Positions 38,042-48,151 of a stretch of DNA of 64,000 nt are shown here, piece by piece. This stretch comes from Candidatus Poribacteria bacterium (GTDB lineage: Bacteria > Poribacteria > WGA-4E > PCPOR2b): contig JAJEAL010000076.1 of NCBI GenBank assembly GCA_022822785.1, positions 30,506 through 94,505 on the forward strand, read 5' to 3'. The notes below the pieces were generated by a model, which was not told where the DNA came from, searched no databases, and saw only the letters and a program-made list of their open reading frames with translations. How positions within the stretch are numbered: position 1 is the stretch's first letter; each line of letters begins with the position of its first letter. The position numbers were made by a program, and so were the translations under genes.

Positions 38042-39721
38042 ATGAAACACATTTTACTGTTTATCGTATTGTTTACTGCGGTCTCGCTTATTACGGGTCC
38101 GTCGTTATATGCTCAATCTGTAGATGCAGCAACTTGGTGGCTGATTGTGAATCCCGACACTGATGGCGGTTCTCCAAATAGTCTCGACGCCCTAGTCAGC
38201 CTATTGACAGAATACGGAAAAATCCCGGCGAACCATATCCGCCGAATCGACGGCGACGCGTGCACCCGCGACGGTATCAAAGCAAGCTTGGACGACCTCA
38301 GGACTGAAATAGGGCAAGGCGATCGGCTCATCTTCTACTTTCGCGGCTTTGTCACGAAACCGAGAAGATCGAATTCAATCTTCTTTCTGACATACGGAGC
38401 GACATCCGAAAATTTGGCAGATGCGCTTGAAGATCGCCAACTGAATCGTTGGTTGCGCGAAGCGTCCCAAAATACAGCCGTTGTCATTCTTGACAGCTAT
38501 ACAAGAGATTCTAATTTAATGGCTTACTACGGCAATCGCGGCATGCTTGGGACTGCAGCACTTATATCAATTCAGCGTCCAGCCTTAAATGCTGAGGATC
38601 TGTTTGGACAAACATTACTGGAAGTGTTGAAGACCAATGAAGTTGATCTCGATGACAATCGGCAACTCTCGATTGAGGAGCTTCATATACACCTCACGAC
38701 AAATTTAGATGAACGGACCTTGCGGCTTACAGAAGGGATCTTACTGCCGATGGGAAGGATTGAGAGACCAATCCTAAAATTAAGTCCAATGCTCACAATT
38801 GTGACAATGCCTGATGGAGCATCCGTTGTCCTTGATGGGCAACAAGAGATAGGACTAACGCCGCAACGCCTTGCCGATAACCTCGAACGGAGAACTTATA
38901 ATATAGAAGTCAGAAAACCGGGATATCTCATTCCCCCTGCCCGCTCCGTAGATATTGAACTTGTTCAAGGGGAATCGATTAATCTCTCATGGGACTTGGC
39001 CTCCATCGCTGTTCACGGGAGCATCACAGTCTCCGATGGTGTGTCCCTTGAAGGAACGATGGTGTGGATAGATGGTACGGCATACGAACAGAATCCGCTA
39101 TCCGTGCAAGCAGACGGTCGCTACCAACTTTCTGCCAATATACGTAACGCTACATCTGAAGCGGATACAAAAGTGCTGGAGCCGGGTAAAATGTACACGT
39201 TACGCGCCGAAAGCGATGAACTCCACCATGCGGCGGAAAATTTCACACTCGCTCCCCACGAATCCGTCGAACGAAATTTGGTTCTTACTAAAAAAACGTG
39301 GTTTGAAGTCGCTCAAATGCAGTTTAATCGAAAAGCGTACGAGGAAGCAATTGCTGCATTTCAAAACGGTATTGAGGAGACTATCGAATTTCCGCCGATG
39401 TCCCCAGAATTTACCAAATTACTCTTCGATTCTTTTTCGGAGGTAGTAAATAAAGTAAATGTCCAAAACATCGCTTACGTTGTCACAACCGCAAAGCTAG
39501 CGGATAGACTTGATCTTCGAGAAGCAGCCAAAGTGTACTGGGGGCAGGTAAGATTGCAGGCGACCGAAGGGTCCACAGCCCACGAACTTGCAACAAAACG
39601 GTTACGGGAGCTTAATTTTGGGCGTCGGCTGATCAATATGGGTGTCTTGGTTTTATTTATTCTCGTGTTAATTTCTGGTGGGTATGCCCTCCGTAGGGTA
39701 CTTCAGCGGTCCAAAACGTAA
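38042..39721 (+). CDS. Membrane-anchored protein with a degenerate caspase-like (C14) domain, a PEGA domain and C-terminal TPR-like region plus transmembrane helix
   Basis: Signal peptide MKHILLFIVLFTAVSLITGPSLYAQ. The caspase-like core DRLIFYFRGF...AVVILDSYT has the His and Cys positions substituted. The PEGA match is LTIVTMPDGASVVLDGQQEIGLTPQRL. The C-terminal transmembrane segment is LINMGVLVLFILVLISGGYAL. Confidence 0.5.
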   Translation: MKHILLFIVLFTAVSLITGPSLYAQSVDAATWWLIVNPDTDGGSPNSLDALVSLLTEYGKIPANHIRRIDGDACTRDGIKASLDDLRTEIGQGDRLIFYFRGFVTKPRRSNSIFFLTYGATSENLADALEDRQLNRWLREASQNTAVVILDSYTRDSNLMAYYGNRGMLGTAALISIQRPALNAEDLFGQTLLEVLKTNEVDLDDNRQLSIEELHIHLTTNLDERTLRLTEGILLPMGRIERPILKLSPMLTIVTMPDGASVVLDGQQEIGLTPQRLADNLERRTYNIEVRKPGYLIPPARSVDIELVQGESINLSWDLASIAVHGSITVSDGVSLEGTMVWIDGTAYEQNPLSVQADGRYQLSANIRNATSEADTKVLEPGKMYTLRAESDELHHAAENFTLAPHESVERNLVLTKKTWFEVAQMQFNRKAYEEAIAAFQNGIEETIEFPPMSPEFTKLLFDSFSEVVNKVNVQNIAYVVTTAKLADRLDLREAAKVYWGQVRLQATEGSTAHELATKRLRELNFGRRLINMGVLVLFILVLISGGYALRRVLQRSKT

Positions 39722-40743
39722 TGTCGCTTGGATTCCAAGGCAGATTTGGCTCTGTCCAAAGCGGCAAAGGGGATAAATTGATGTTCCTTTTCGGCTTTAA
39801 GATTTTACGACGTGCACAGTACCGGGGTCTGCTTAATCAGCAAAAGAAGCTAAATCACCAGCTCCATGAACTTGGCAAAAAGCTCAAAACTCTCACCACG
39901 GAGAAGGGTGAACTTGAGACACGTCATCAAGAGGAAAAATCAGCACTCAATCAGCAATTGGACGGCCTCCGCCAAACTGTCCAGGATTATGAACAGCTGC
40001 AACGCGGCATCGCAGCGGACATGGAGAGTGCGACAAGAGAATTTGGATTGAGCCGAACACAGATTGAAACACTCTGGGTGGATAGACTAGATTTAATTGA
40101 GCTATATATTGAGAAACTATATTCCCTCGCAAAGGACTTCTCCCGCGCCAACCGGGACATGAGAAAAAATCGTGGTCTGTTTTTATTACTGATAGATCGA
40201 CGAAACATGGCTGAGAACAACTTCTCAGAATTCCACGACACTCAAATAGAACACTTATCGGAGAAGCAATATCAAGGTGTCAATCAGCTTCCCCATATCT
40301 TCTCAGCCAAAATCGATGATATATTTAATTATATGGGGGAAAAGGTTCTCCTAAAGGATAAAAGCGGCGAAATCACCGGGCATGAAGAGCGGGATGGCGC
40401 CATACTTATCGACCTCAGTGGGGTTGCCTTCCGGTCTCGTATCATGGTAGAGGGGGTACGGACCTATCGTGTATTCGATAAGGTGGAACGGTTACACAAA
40501 GGAAGTGCCAGACATAATGCTGCAATCTACGCTTCAGCACTCGATGAAGTTATGGTGTCAATCGTGATTAGTGAGGAGACGAGTGAGGTGACACTTTTCC
40601 GGGATGGGCGCTTTATAGAGAGCTACGACCCGTACACAGATCAAGGCACACTGCGTGAAGAGAAGGTGGTGCCCATGAAGCGTAAAGAATCTGTGGATGA
40701 ATCCCCAGATCAAGTAATCCAACAAGAAATAACGGAAACTTGA
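39721..40743 (+). CDS. DAC (diadenylate cyclase, DisA_N)-domain protein with an N-terminal coiled coil
   Basis: Matches to the DAC motifs: GLFLLLID (compare GALIVI), RDGAILID (compare HDGAVII), and GSARHNAA...VSIVISEETSEVTLFRDG (compare GTRHRAA...IVVSEETG). The TAATG overlap with the upstream gene suggests translational coupling. Confidence 0.55.
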   Translation: MSLGFQGRFGSVQSGKGDKLMFLFGFKILRRAQYRGLLNQQKKLNHQLHELGKKLKTLTTEKGELETRHQEEKSALNQQLDGLRQTVQDYEQLQRGIAADMESATREFGLSRTQIETLWVDRLDLIELYIEKLYSLAKDFSRANRDMRKNRGLFLLLIDRRNMAENNFSEFHDTQIEHLSEKQYQGVNQLPHIFSAKIDDIFNYMGEKVLLKDKSGEITGHEERDGAILIDLSGVAFRSRIMVEGVRTYRVFDKVERLHKGSARHNAAIYASALDEVMVSIVISEETSEVTLFRDGRFIESYDPYTDQGTLREEKVVPMKRKESVDESPDQVIQQEITET

Positions 40744-40886
40744 GGATCAGCCCAACGATGGAGCAAGAGGATTAGATAAAATGTCACATAAAATGGAACT
40801 GTTACATTTCTAATTACACATGGGGTTAAGACGTAGTTACTTAACAGTATTGATCTTGGCAGTCTCACATTAAATGAATAACAGCG

Positions 40887-40925
40887 AAACGCCCCGGCGT
40901 CGAGGTTTGACATCGGGGCGTTTTG
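40887..40925 (+). terminator. Rho-independent terminator
   Basis: Stem aaacgccccgg / ccggggcgttt followed by TTTTG, downstream of the DAC gene. Confidence 0.6.
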
Positions 40926-41122
40926 GGTTGGGTCACGCACGGATTTAACCGTAGCCACCACTCATCACCATTTTTAGAGGACTCTTGCAACTTTAGTTGC
41001 TAGCTGGAACACTGTGTGCTTCCTCTAGCGGTTCAACAGTATCCAAAAAGGCTTGAAAACAGTGGTAGTCAATGATATAATAGCTATTTGGAAGTCTGTG
41101 TGAAACACTGAAAGGTGGGACG

Positions 41123-44100
41123 ATGATACATTGGGCAGCACGCTTATTTTGCAAAATATCGGTCATCATTGTAGCCATTACATGGACAGTTTCTCCCACA
41201 TTTGCGGGCGAGCGTGACGAATATGTTTTTGCTTACAAACTCTTCCAAGAGGGCGCCTATTTCATCGCCAAAGATGCGCTCAAAGTATTTATCCAAAACT
41301 ACCCGCAGAGCACAGATGCCGATGACGCCCGTTTCCTTATCGGGGAATGTGCGCTGCAACTCAAGGAATATGACGAGGCAATCCAGCACTATAAACAGCT
41401 CCAAATTGACTATCCGGATAGCCCACTGCGTTTAGATGCAGTTCGGGGTACAGCGATGGCTTGGTTCCATCAGGGCAGATACGAAGAAGCCATTGAGGCT
41501 TACGAAAAGGTTGTCGAAAGCTCCGATGATTCCCTTGTCATCTCCCATAGCCTTTATCTGATTGGGGAGTCTTATGACAACCTAGGACTCTACCAGAAAT
41601 CCGGCGAATATTACACACAAATCCTTACTAAATATCCGGAGTCAGCAGAAGTACCAGATGCTGTGTACGCGAACGGCTGGAGCCTTTATAGGCTTAAAAA
41701 ATACGGTGAGGCATACAACACACTAACAGACTTTATCAAAAAATATCCCACCCACTATGCCATCCCAGAAGCTTCCTATCGCGCAGCCGAATCCCTGTTC
41801 AACCTCGGCGATTGGGCAAAGGCGCAACTGGCATACCAGCAGGTCATTGACACCTACCAGAAAGACGAAGCACATCAGCAATTCGCTATAGATGCGCGAT
41901 TCAGGCTCGGCGAGTGTTATTTTCAGCAACAGTTGATGGAAGAGGCCAAAAATGCTTTTGAGCTTTTGCTACGTGAACACGGAAACTCGCCCATTGTCGC
42001 GGAGGCACAATATTGGATTGCCGAAGTCTTATTGGAAGAAAAGAAATATCCGGAAGCAATTCATGAGTATCAGAAAGTCATCACTCTTTATCCCCAGAGC
42101 GAAGTCGTCGATGATGCCCAGTACGGTATTGCGATGGCACATTTTTTAAAAGGCGACTACACCAAAGCCGGGAGCGAATTCAAGAACGTCGCAGAGAATC
42201 GGCGTTCTGGACTCGCTGATGCAGCCCGTTTTCGCCTAGCCGAGTGTTTCCGCTTGCAACGAGAGTTTAATTCAGCCATCCTCCACTATAAAAAAGTGCG
42301 TGCGTTATCAGCATATACTGATGACGCGCTCTATGGAAGAGCCACCAGTGCATTTGAATTGCGAGACTATTCACAGACTATTGATGTGCTGAATGCGTTG
42401 TTGAGTGCACAACCCTCCAGCCCCCTCAGACCTTACGTTCTCTACCAGCTTGGACTTGCCTATTTTAATCACCAAGCGTACCAAGAAAGCTCCCAAGCTT
42501 TTGATAGCTTCTTGTCCGAAAACCGCGATACCAACTTAGCCACCGCTCCCACTGATGAGGCGTTATTTTGGAAAGCGCGCGCCCGGTTTGAGCTAGGAGA
42601 TTATTCAACAACCCTTCAGACCTGCGAGGAGCTGCTTCGACGTTTTCCGAATAGCCACTTACGCTACCGGGCAGAATTTTTTATCGCAGAAAGTACCTAT
42701 TGGCGTGAGCAAACGGCGGAAGCTTATCAGTCAGCACGCGAAAAATATCAAGCTTTGTTAGAGAAACAATCACAGATTGCTCCCGATACCCTTGGAGCTG
42801 AGTGGGCGGAAAAGTGTCGCTACGGCATTGGGTGGACTCACTTCTCTGAAGCAATGCTCTCAAAAGACAGTACCGCCCAGCAAAAACATCATCAAGCAGC
42901 GGTATCCGCTTGGCGGGAAGTGCTTGCGAACCACCCAAACGGCACGCTTGCGGACAAAACGCAGTACCATATCGGTATCGCCTATGTCAATCTCAAACAG
43001 TACGATGATGGAATCCGGGCGTTCAGACAGGTGCTTTCCGGCTACCCCGGCAGCAATTGGAGTGACAATGCACGGTACCAGACGGGATGGGTGCTTTACA
43101 AACAGGAACGGTATCCCGAAGCAATCGCGGCACTCAATGAAATGCTCACGGTGCATCCCGGGTCGCAGCTTGTCCCGAGAGCGATTTTTGGCATCGCAAA
43201 TGCTTACTTCAAGCAAGGAAAATACGCCCAAGCGATTCGCGAATACCAACGGGTGGTTGACAAGTACCCTAACCCGATTCGCGAGGCGGGCGCTGAAAAG
43301 GCAATCGATTTGCGACCAGAAGCGCAATACTACATCGGAGAAAGCTTTTTGAACCTTCAGAACTATGCCGAGGCCATCGCCGCTTACGAAAAGGTTCCTC
43401 AGCATCACCCCAAAAGCGAGTGGGCAGATGACGCACAGTATGGCATTGCAACGGCTTACGAAAATCTGGGTCAAAAAGAGAAAGCGATACAGGCGTATCG
43501 GACCTTGACGCAGAAATACCCCAACCGTGAACTTGCGCCAGATGTTCAGCTCCAAATTGGTCGGTTCTACTATAATGAAAAAGACTATAAACGGGCAATC
43601 GCCGAGTTCCAAAATGCAATTAATCAGTATCCGAATACCCCCTCGGCGTGGCTAGCCCAGTACAACATCGGCAAATGCTACATTGCGCTAGGGTCATATC
43701 GCCAAGCAATTGGCGCATTTGAACGCGTTGACGTTAGGAGTGAATTTGCAGCGACCGCCGCGTACGAAATCGGTTACGCTTGGTACGATCAAAATAATCC
43801 GAGCCGAAATCTAGGTAACGCGGTGGAGGCGCTTCTTGCCGTTCCTGATAAATATCCGCAAAGCGTTGATGTTCCGCGTGCCCTGTTGGTTGCCGGTGAA
43901 TGCTACAAAGAATTGGTCGAATTGGACAAAGCGGTTGCGATATATCGTCGCCTCCTGAACGATTATCCGGCCTCGGAGCAAGCACAGTGGGCGCAATTGG
44001 CATTGGGGGATACCTACCGTGCCCAGCAAAAATTCGAGCAAGCCGCCGCGGCTTATGATGTGATTCGCGAAAAGGGAACAGAACGATACCCTGTTGATAT

Positions 44101-44434
44101 TGTAATTGATGGCCTGCTTCGTCTAGCAGAAACGCAAGCACTGATGCAGAAATATAAAGACGCTGGCACGACTTATTTGCGTATCCGCTACCTGTACAAG
44201 GACCACGATCCGTACAGGGCATTTCAAGCGACTGTCTATGCCGCCGATGCCTTTGCTAAGGCTGGTGAGGCTTTAGTCCAGCCAGCGTACACCCACCAAG
44301 CAAAGGATGAATATGAGAACGCAATTGAGTTTTACGAATTGAGTGTTGAACAGCTACAGGAGGCAGGAGAACGGAAGAGATGGGATGCACTATACGATTA
44401 TGCGAAGAACCAGCTTCAACAACTCTTTAAGTGA
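41123..44434 (+). CDS. Large secreted tetratricopeptide-repeat (TPR) protein
   Basis: Signal peptide, followed by more than 20 TPR-like 34-residue repeats with W/Y/A/P spacing. Confidence 0.75.
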   Translation: MIHWAARLFCKISVIIVAITWTVSPTFAGERDEYVFAYKLFQEGAYFIAKDALKVFIQNYPQSTDADDARFLIGECALQLKEYDEAIQHYKQLQIDYPDSPLRLDAVRGTAMAWFHQGRYEEAIEAYEKVVESSDDSLVISHSLYLIGESYDNLGLYQKSGEYYTQILTKYPESAEVPDAVYANGWSLYRLKKYGEAYNTLTDFIKKYPTHYAIPEASYRAAESLFNLGDWAKAQLAYQQVIDTYQKDEAHQQFAIDARFRLGECYFQQQLMEEAKNAFELLLREHGNSPIVAEAQYWIAEVLLEEKKYPEAIHEYQKVITLYPQSEVVDDAQYGIAMAHFLKGDYTKAGSEFKNVAENRRSGLADAARFRLAECFRLQREFNSAILHYKKVRALSAYTDDALYGRATSAFELRDYSQTIDVLNALLSAQPSSPLRPYVLYQLGLAYFNHQAYQESSQAFDSFLSENRDTNLATAPTDEALFWKARARFELGDYSTTLQTCEELLRRFPNSHLRYRAEFFIAESTYWREQTAEAYQSAREKYQALLEKQSQIAPDTLGAEWAEKCRYGIGWTHFSEAMLSKDSTAQQKHHQAAVSAWREVLANHPNGTLADKTQYHIGIAYVNLKQYDDGIRAFRQVLSGYPGSNWSDNARYQTGWVLYKQERYPEAIAALNEMLTVHPGSQLVPRAIFGIANAYFKQGKYAQAIREYQRVVDKYPNPIREAGAEKAIDLRPEAQYYIGESFLNLQNYAEAIAAYEKVPQHHPKSEWADDAQYGIATAYENLGQKEKAIQAYRTLTQKYPNRELAPDVQLQIGRFYYNEKDYKRAIAEFQNAINQYPNTPSAWLAQYNIGKCYIALGSYRQAIGAFERVDVRSEFAATAAYEIGYAWYDQNNPSRNLGNAVEALLAVPDKYPQSVDVPRALLVAGECYKELVELDKAVAIYRRLLNDYPASEQAQWAQLALGDTYRAQQKFEQAAAAYDVIREKGTERYPVDIVIDGLLRLAETQALMQKYKDAGTTYLRIRYLYKDHDPYRAFQATVYAADAFAKAGEALVQPAYTHQAKDEYENAIEFYELSVEQLQEAGERKRWDALYDYAKNQLQQLFK

Positions 44435-44487
44435 ATCCGGGTGAAAGGATGGCCGAAAAAAGGGCAGGGGGATTGGAAAAGCATACC

Positions 44488-46308
44488 ATGCGATACGTCC
44501 GATATAATACCTTTCACGTTTTGCGTTTTGTGTTTTACGTCCTACTCAGTTTATTGCCACTCTACGCCCAAACGCAGGAGCCCTCGGAAGAGCAGTTGGA
44601 ATCAGACTTGCCGGATGAAGTCATCGCAGAAGTCATCGATACGACCCGAATCGAACTTGAGCCCCGCAGTCGTTTTAGCGATCCACTGGTGCCCGAGCTG
44701 ATTCACGCTATCGCTCTATACCCCAAGGAACGACTATGGAATTTACCGCCCACCACAACCCCCCAAAAGGCTGTCAGGCCTAGTCCCGCTCCACCGAAGA
44801 ACTATAGATTTCACCTTGCTGCACAAGCAAGCCGACCAGAATCGCTATTCTATAAAGTCCTTTTCGCGGGGCGTGCAGAGGGAACACACGGTTTTGTCCA
44901 TTTGAACCGGCAGCAGCTTGGTAATGCACGGACAGCGGGGCGGGGAGATTATCACCTTGACGGGATCCGCGGCAACGTAACCCACCAATATCAGGAGTTG
45001 AGCGAAATTTCCTTTGATGTTGGCTTAAATCTCAAAGCGCTTGAGTGGTTGCCTGCAACAGCAACCACCCCCAACCCTCAGAAGGATTTGCTGCTTTTTC
45101 GTTCCGATTTGAATTGGCAGCAGCAGCTTTCCGAAACAACGTGGTCCACCTTGAACCTCGATACGACACTGGTTCGTATCAATCACGACGAATCTGAACA
45201 GGATGCAGCGACGGATGCGCGATTCAACTTCGACATGGCGCTTTCGTGGCCCTTCTTGAACCCAATTCACGCCGGGGGCGATGTGGAGTATTTTTCCGCC
45301 GGAGATGCTGGGGAGATCATCGCTCGACTGTATGCCCGCGACGAGTTTTCGCCATTTGGACCATTCGTCTCTAGTATAGGTGTAGAAGCAGTCAGTCTCC
45401 GCGAACCTGATGATACCAGCGAAGACATAATGGACTCGCAGCTAAGCGTGACAGACGCGGCTCAACAGACTGGCACCGAAACTAGCGAAGATATAGCGGA
45501 CACACAGTCCGACATAGTAGATGTAGACCGACAGAATAGCATCGACACTAGCGAAGATACAGTCAGCTTGTATTTAAACCCGTCTCTTGCATTGACTACC
45601 CATATTAACGAACACTGGCTAATCCGGCTTGAAGGACTTCGAACAATCGCGCGGCATCGATTGGCGCCACTTTACTTTGACACAGATTACATCAGCCTCA
45701 CCCCAAGCCTTCAACCGGAGAAAGCTTGGAATGAACGGCTTACACTAAAGTATCATCGCGGCGCGAAATTTGAAATGAATCTATCTGGCTTTGCAAAGCA
45801 GATAGACAACCTCGTTGTTTTGATTCCCCAAACGGAATCTCCCAAAGAGAATAGTGTGCAATTGACCAACAATGTCGCAACAGAACTTGCATGGGCTCCA
45901 ACAAACATTGATGCGTCAATCTATGGAGGACAGCTGCTAATGTCCGCTCGCATTCCCGACCGCCTTGACCTTCGGTTTCAGTACACACATGAGATTCATG
46001 TACCCAACATGGGGGATTACATCCTTTATAGGCCCACAGATCGCATCGACCTAGACATCGTATATCATCTCCCATCAGGGTTCCATGCCGCACTTCAGGC
46101 AGAATTGCAGGGACCTAGGTATATTGATACAATGACTGATGAAATGCTGCAAGGTTATCTGCTGTTGAAACCCAAGTTGAGTAAAACAATTGGAAACTAT
46201 ATTGACGCCTTCGTTGGGGGGGCGTTTGCAGTCGGAGAGTATCGTTTACTAGAGATGTATGCGCTTTCGCAGCGTAACTTCGATTTTGGGATTGAGTTAA
46301 AATTTTAG
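44488..46308 (+). CDS. Putative outer-membrane beta-barrel protein with internal D-T-S-E-D tandem repeats
   Basis: Signal peptide MRYVRYNTFHVLRFVFYVLLSLLPLYAQ, a C-terminal ...GIELKF ending in Phe, and three TSED(I) repeats. Confidence 0.4.
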   Translation: MRYVRYNTFHVLRFVFYVLLSLLPLYAQTQEPSEEQLESDLPDEVIAEVIDTTRIELEPRSRFSDPLVPELIHAIALYPKERLWNLPPTTTPQKAVRPSPAPPKNYRFHLAAQASRPESLFYKVLFAGRAEGTHGFVHLNRQQLGNARTAGRGDYHLDGIRGNVTHQYQELSEISFDVGLNLKALEWLPATATTPNPQKDLLLFRSDLNWQQQLSETTWSTLNLDTTLVRINHDESEQDAATDARFNFDMALSWPFLNPIHAGGDVEYFSAGDAGEIIARLYARDEFSPFGPFVSSIGVEAVSLREPDDTSEDIMDSQLSVTDAAQQTGTETSEDIADTQSDIVDVDRQNSIDTSEDTVSLYLNPSLALTTHINEHWLIRLEGLRTIARHRLAPLYFDTDYISLTPSLQPEKAWNERLTLKYHRGAKFEMNLSGFAKQIDNLVVLIPQTESPKENSVQLTNNVATELAWAPTNIDASIYGGQLLMSARIPDRLDLRFQYTHEIHVPNMGDYILYRPTDRIDLDIVYHLPSGFHAALQAELQGPRYIDTMTDEMLQGYLLLKPKLSKTIGNYIDAFVGGAFAVGEYRLLEMYALSQRNFDFGIELKF

Positions 46309-46382
46309 CGAATACTATCCGGGGGATACAGGTATGGACACTCCTGACCTGAATTGGACGTTGATTAAAGCGAGGAGCTATC

Positions 46383-47102
46383 ATGGGTAATCTGATTGAA
46401 ATGATTGTTTCAGGATTAGAACAGTTGAGCGGAGGCGGGATCCTGCTGATTCCCTTAATTGGTTGTTCTATCTGTGCACACGCGATCATTATGGAACGGA
46501 TTTATCATTTGCGGCGTGAGCGAGTCATCCCCTCACAGTTTGTGACCCGTATCATCTACCACGAACTTGTGCAAGGCAATCCCAACGTTGCGATCCAGAT
46601 GTGCGAGCAGCGACCCGGACCGCTGACAAATGTCCTCCGCGCCGGGATAGAACGCAGAAATGCCGATGAGGACACGCTCAAACGGGTGGTCCGTTTATCT
46701 ATCAACGGCGAAAAGCCGAAATTGACGCGATATCTGCATATTTTGGGACTACTGTCCGCTGTAGCGATATACACAGGTCTACTCGGCACATTTCTCGGCA
46801 TGATTATCTCATTTGGCAATCTTTATGAATTAGGCGGACAGGTAGGGCAGTCGAGAGATATTGCTGGTGGCATCTCACAAGCCTTAATCACAACCGCTGC
46901 TGGATTAATGGTTGCACTACCAACATATGTCGCGTATTATTATTTTAATAGTAAGGCACAGCTCTACTTAACCGAACTGGAAAGACACGGCATGTCCCTC
47001 GTTCGGTTTCTTACCGCCGAAGAACATAAACTGTTTCAGGACGAGCTTGAAGATATTCAGAGTTTGCCCCATAGGAGCCCTACTGATGAACACTCAAGGT
47101 AA
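46383..47102 (+). CDS. exbB: MotA/TolQ/ExbB-family proton-channel protein
   Basis: Three transmembrane helices and the conserved core GLLGTFLGMI...ALITTAAGLMVALP. Confidence 0.8.
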   Translation: MGNLIEMIVSGLEQLSGGGILLIPLIGCSICAHAIIMERIYHLRRERVIPSQFVTRIIYHELVQGNPNVAIQMCEQRPGPLTNVLRAGIERRNADEDTLKRVVRLSINGEKPKLTRYLHILGLLSAVAIYTGLLGTFLGMIISFGNLYELGGQVGQSRDIAGGISQALITTAAGLMVALPTYVAYYYFNSKAQLYLTELERHGMSLVRFLTAEEHKLFQDELEDIQSLPHRSPTDEHSR

Positions 47103-47982
47103 AACCAAGCTGAGCGCCTTTATCGGGATTGCAATTATCGAACATGTGGTTTTGATTCTAGTGTTAGCTATAGCGGCTTATACGCCCCATGTTCCAAAGC
47201 CTAGGGACACAGCTATAACTGTGGATATTCTGATAAATGAACCGGAGCAGAAGCGTGTTGAGACAGAAATCCCTATCGCTATCCCCCCAACTCGGCAGCC
47301 TGAAATGCCTACCGAATTGCCGCCGATCCAATCAGCAAATAATGTCCAGCGATATCTTAACCCTGGAGGTCCGTCAGGAGGTTTACCCGCTCGGGCCCTC
47401 GCACGAGATACCAATCAAGACCCGAATCGCTTGGCGTTAGGGGCAGCCTCTTCACAAGGACGAAGCCAAACTCTACTCGACGATTTAGAGGTAACCAATG
47501 CAAGGATCAGGGAAAAACCACTCGTTGACGAGGAAGGCTATCAAGGTGCTTTAGCGCGGCCCGGCGTACGAGATACGGAGCGAATGAAACATAGAGGAGA
47601 CCGTGGGCGCAGCTTAATTCGAAACGTGTCTACAGGAAATGTAACCCAGACTGGACAAAGCAGTGTTACCAATGGTGTTGGCTTTGAGTTTGAAATCTCC
47701 GGCGAAGTCAGTGGACGCGGCTATCTCTTGGGGAAACCCATTCAGACAGAAGGCAGGCAGGGCGGAGGCGTCCAAATCAGCTTCAAGGTGAGACCGGACG
47801 GCACCGTGTACGATGTGCGCGTGAAGCCCGGTTTCTTAACGACGGTAGGTGAAGTCCGACTCAAAGAGCAAGCCAAAAGATATGTCGAAAGAATCCGATT
47901 CAACACTTTGCCCCAAAACGCGCCACAAGTCGATCAGTCCGGAGAAATCTTTATTAACTTCACAACACAGCTCAGTCGCTGA
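47086..47982 (+). CDS. TonB/TolA-like energy-transducer protein
   Basis: N-terminal transmembrane helix, a Pro-rich linker and a C-terminal TonB_C-like domain (VQISFKVRPDGTVYDVRV...). It overlaps the exbB stop by 17 nt. Confidence 0.6.
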   Translation: MNTQGKTKLSAFIGIAIIEHVVLILVLAIAAYTPHVPKPRDTAITVDILINEPEQKRVETEIPIAIPPTRQPEMPTELPPIQSANNVQRYLNPGGPSGGLPARALARDTNQDPNRLALGAASSQGRSQTLLDDLEVTNARIREKPLVDEEGYQGALARPGVRDTERMKHRGDRGRSLIRNVSTGNVTQTGQSSVTNGVGFEFEISGEVSGRGYLLGKPIQTEGRQGGGVQISFKVRPDGTVYDVRVKPGFLTTVGEVRLKEQAKRYVERIRFNTLPQNAPQVDQSGEIFINFTTQLSR

Positions 47983-48048
47983 TCTCCTTGCGTATCATCG
48001 AGCGACGCGAGCGATATTAATCATTCTTTAGGAAATTCAAAATGGTTG

Positions 48049-48077
48049 TTGACAATTTTTGGGAAAACGATTATAAT
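48049..48077 (+). promoter_or_regulatory. Consensus sigma-70 promoter (TTGACA, 17-nt spacer, TATAAT)
   Basis: Exact consensus -35 and -10 hexamers with a 17-nt spacer, about 75 nt upstream of the TPR lipoprotein gene. Confidence 0.6.
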
Positions 48078-48151
48078 GGAATGGTAAAAAGAGGATTGCA
48101 TCTGAAAATCCTGCGAACTTACTAATCTAGTAAAGCTTAGGAGGAATAATC

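Noticed and set aside
45400-45560. A possible CRISPR-like repeat array
   Set aside because: The repeats are in-frame coding repeats of about 20 aa inside an ORF. They lack the 28-37-bp direct repeats and unique spacers of a CRISPR array. No cas genes are present.
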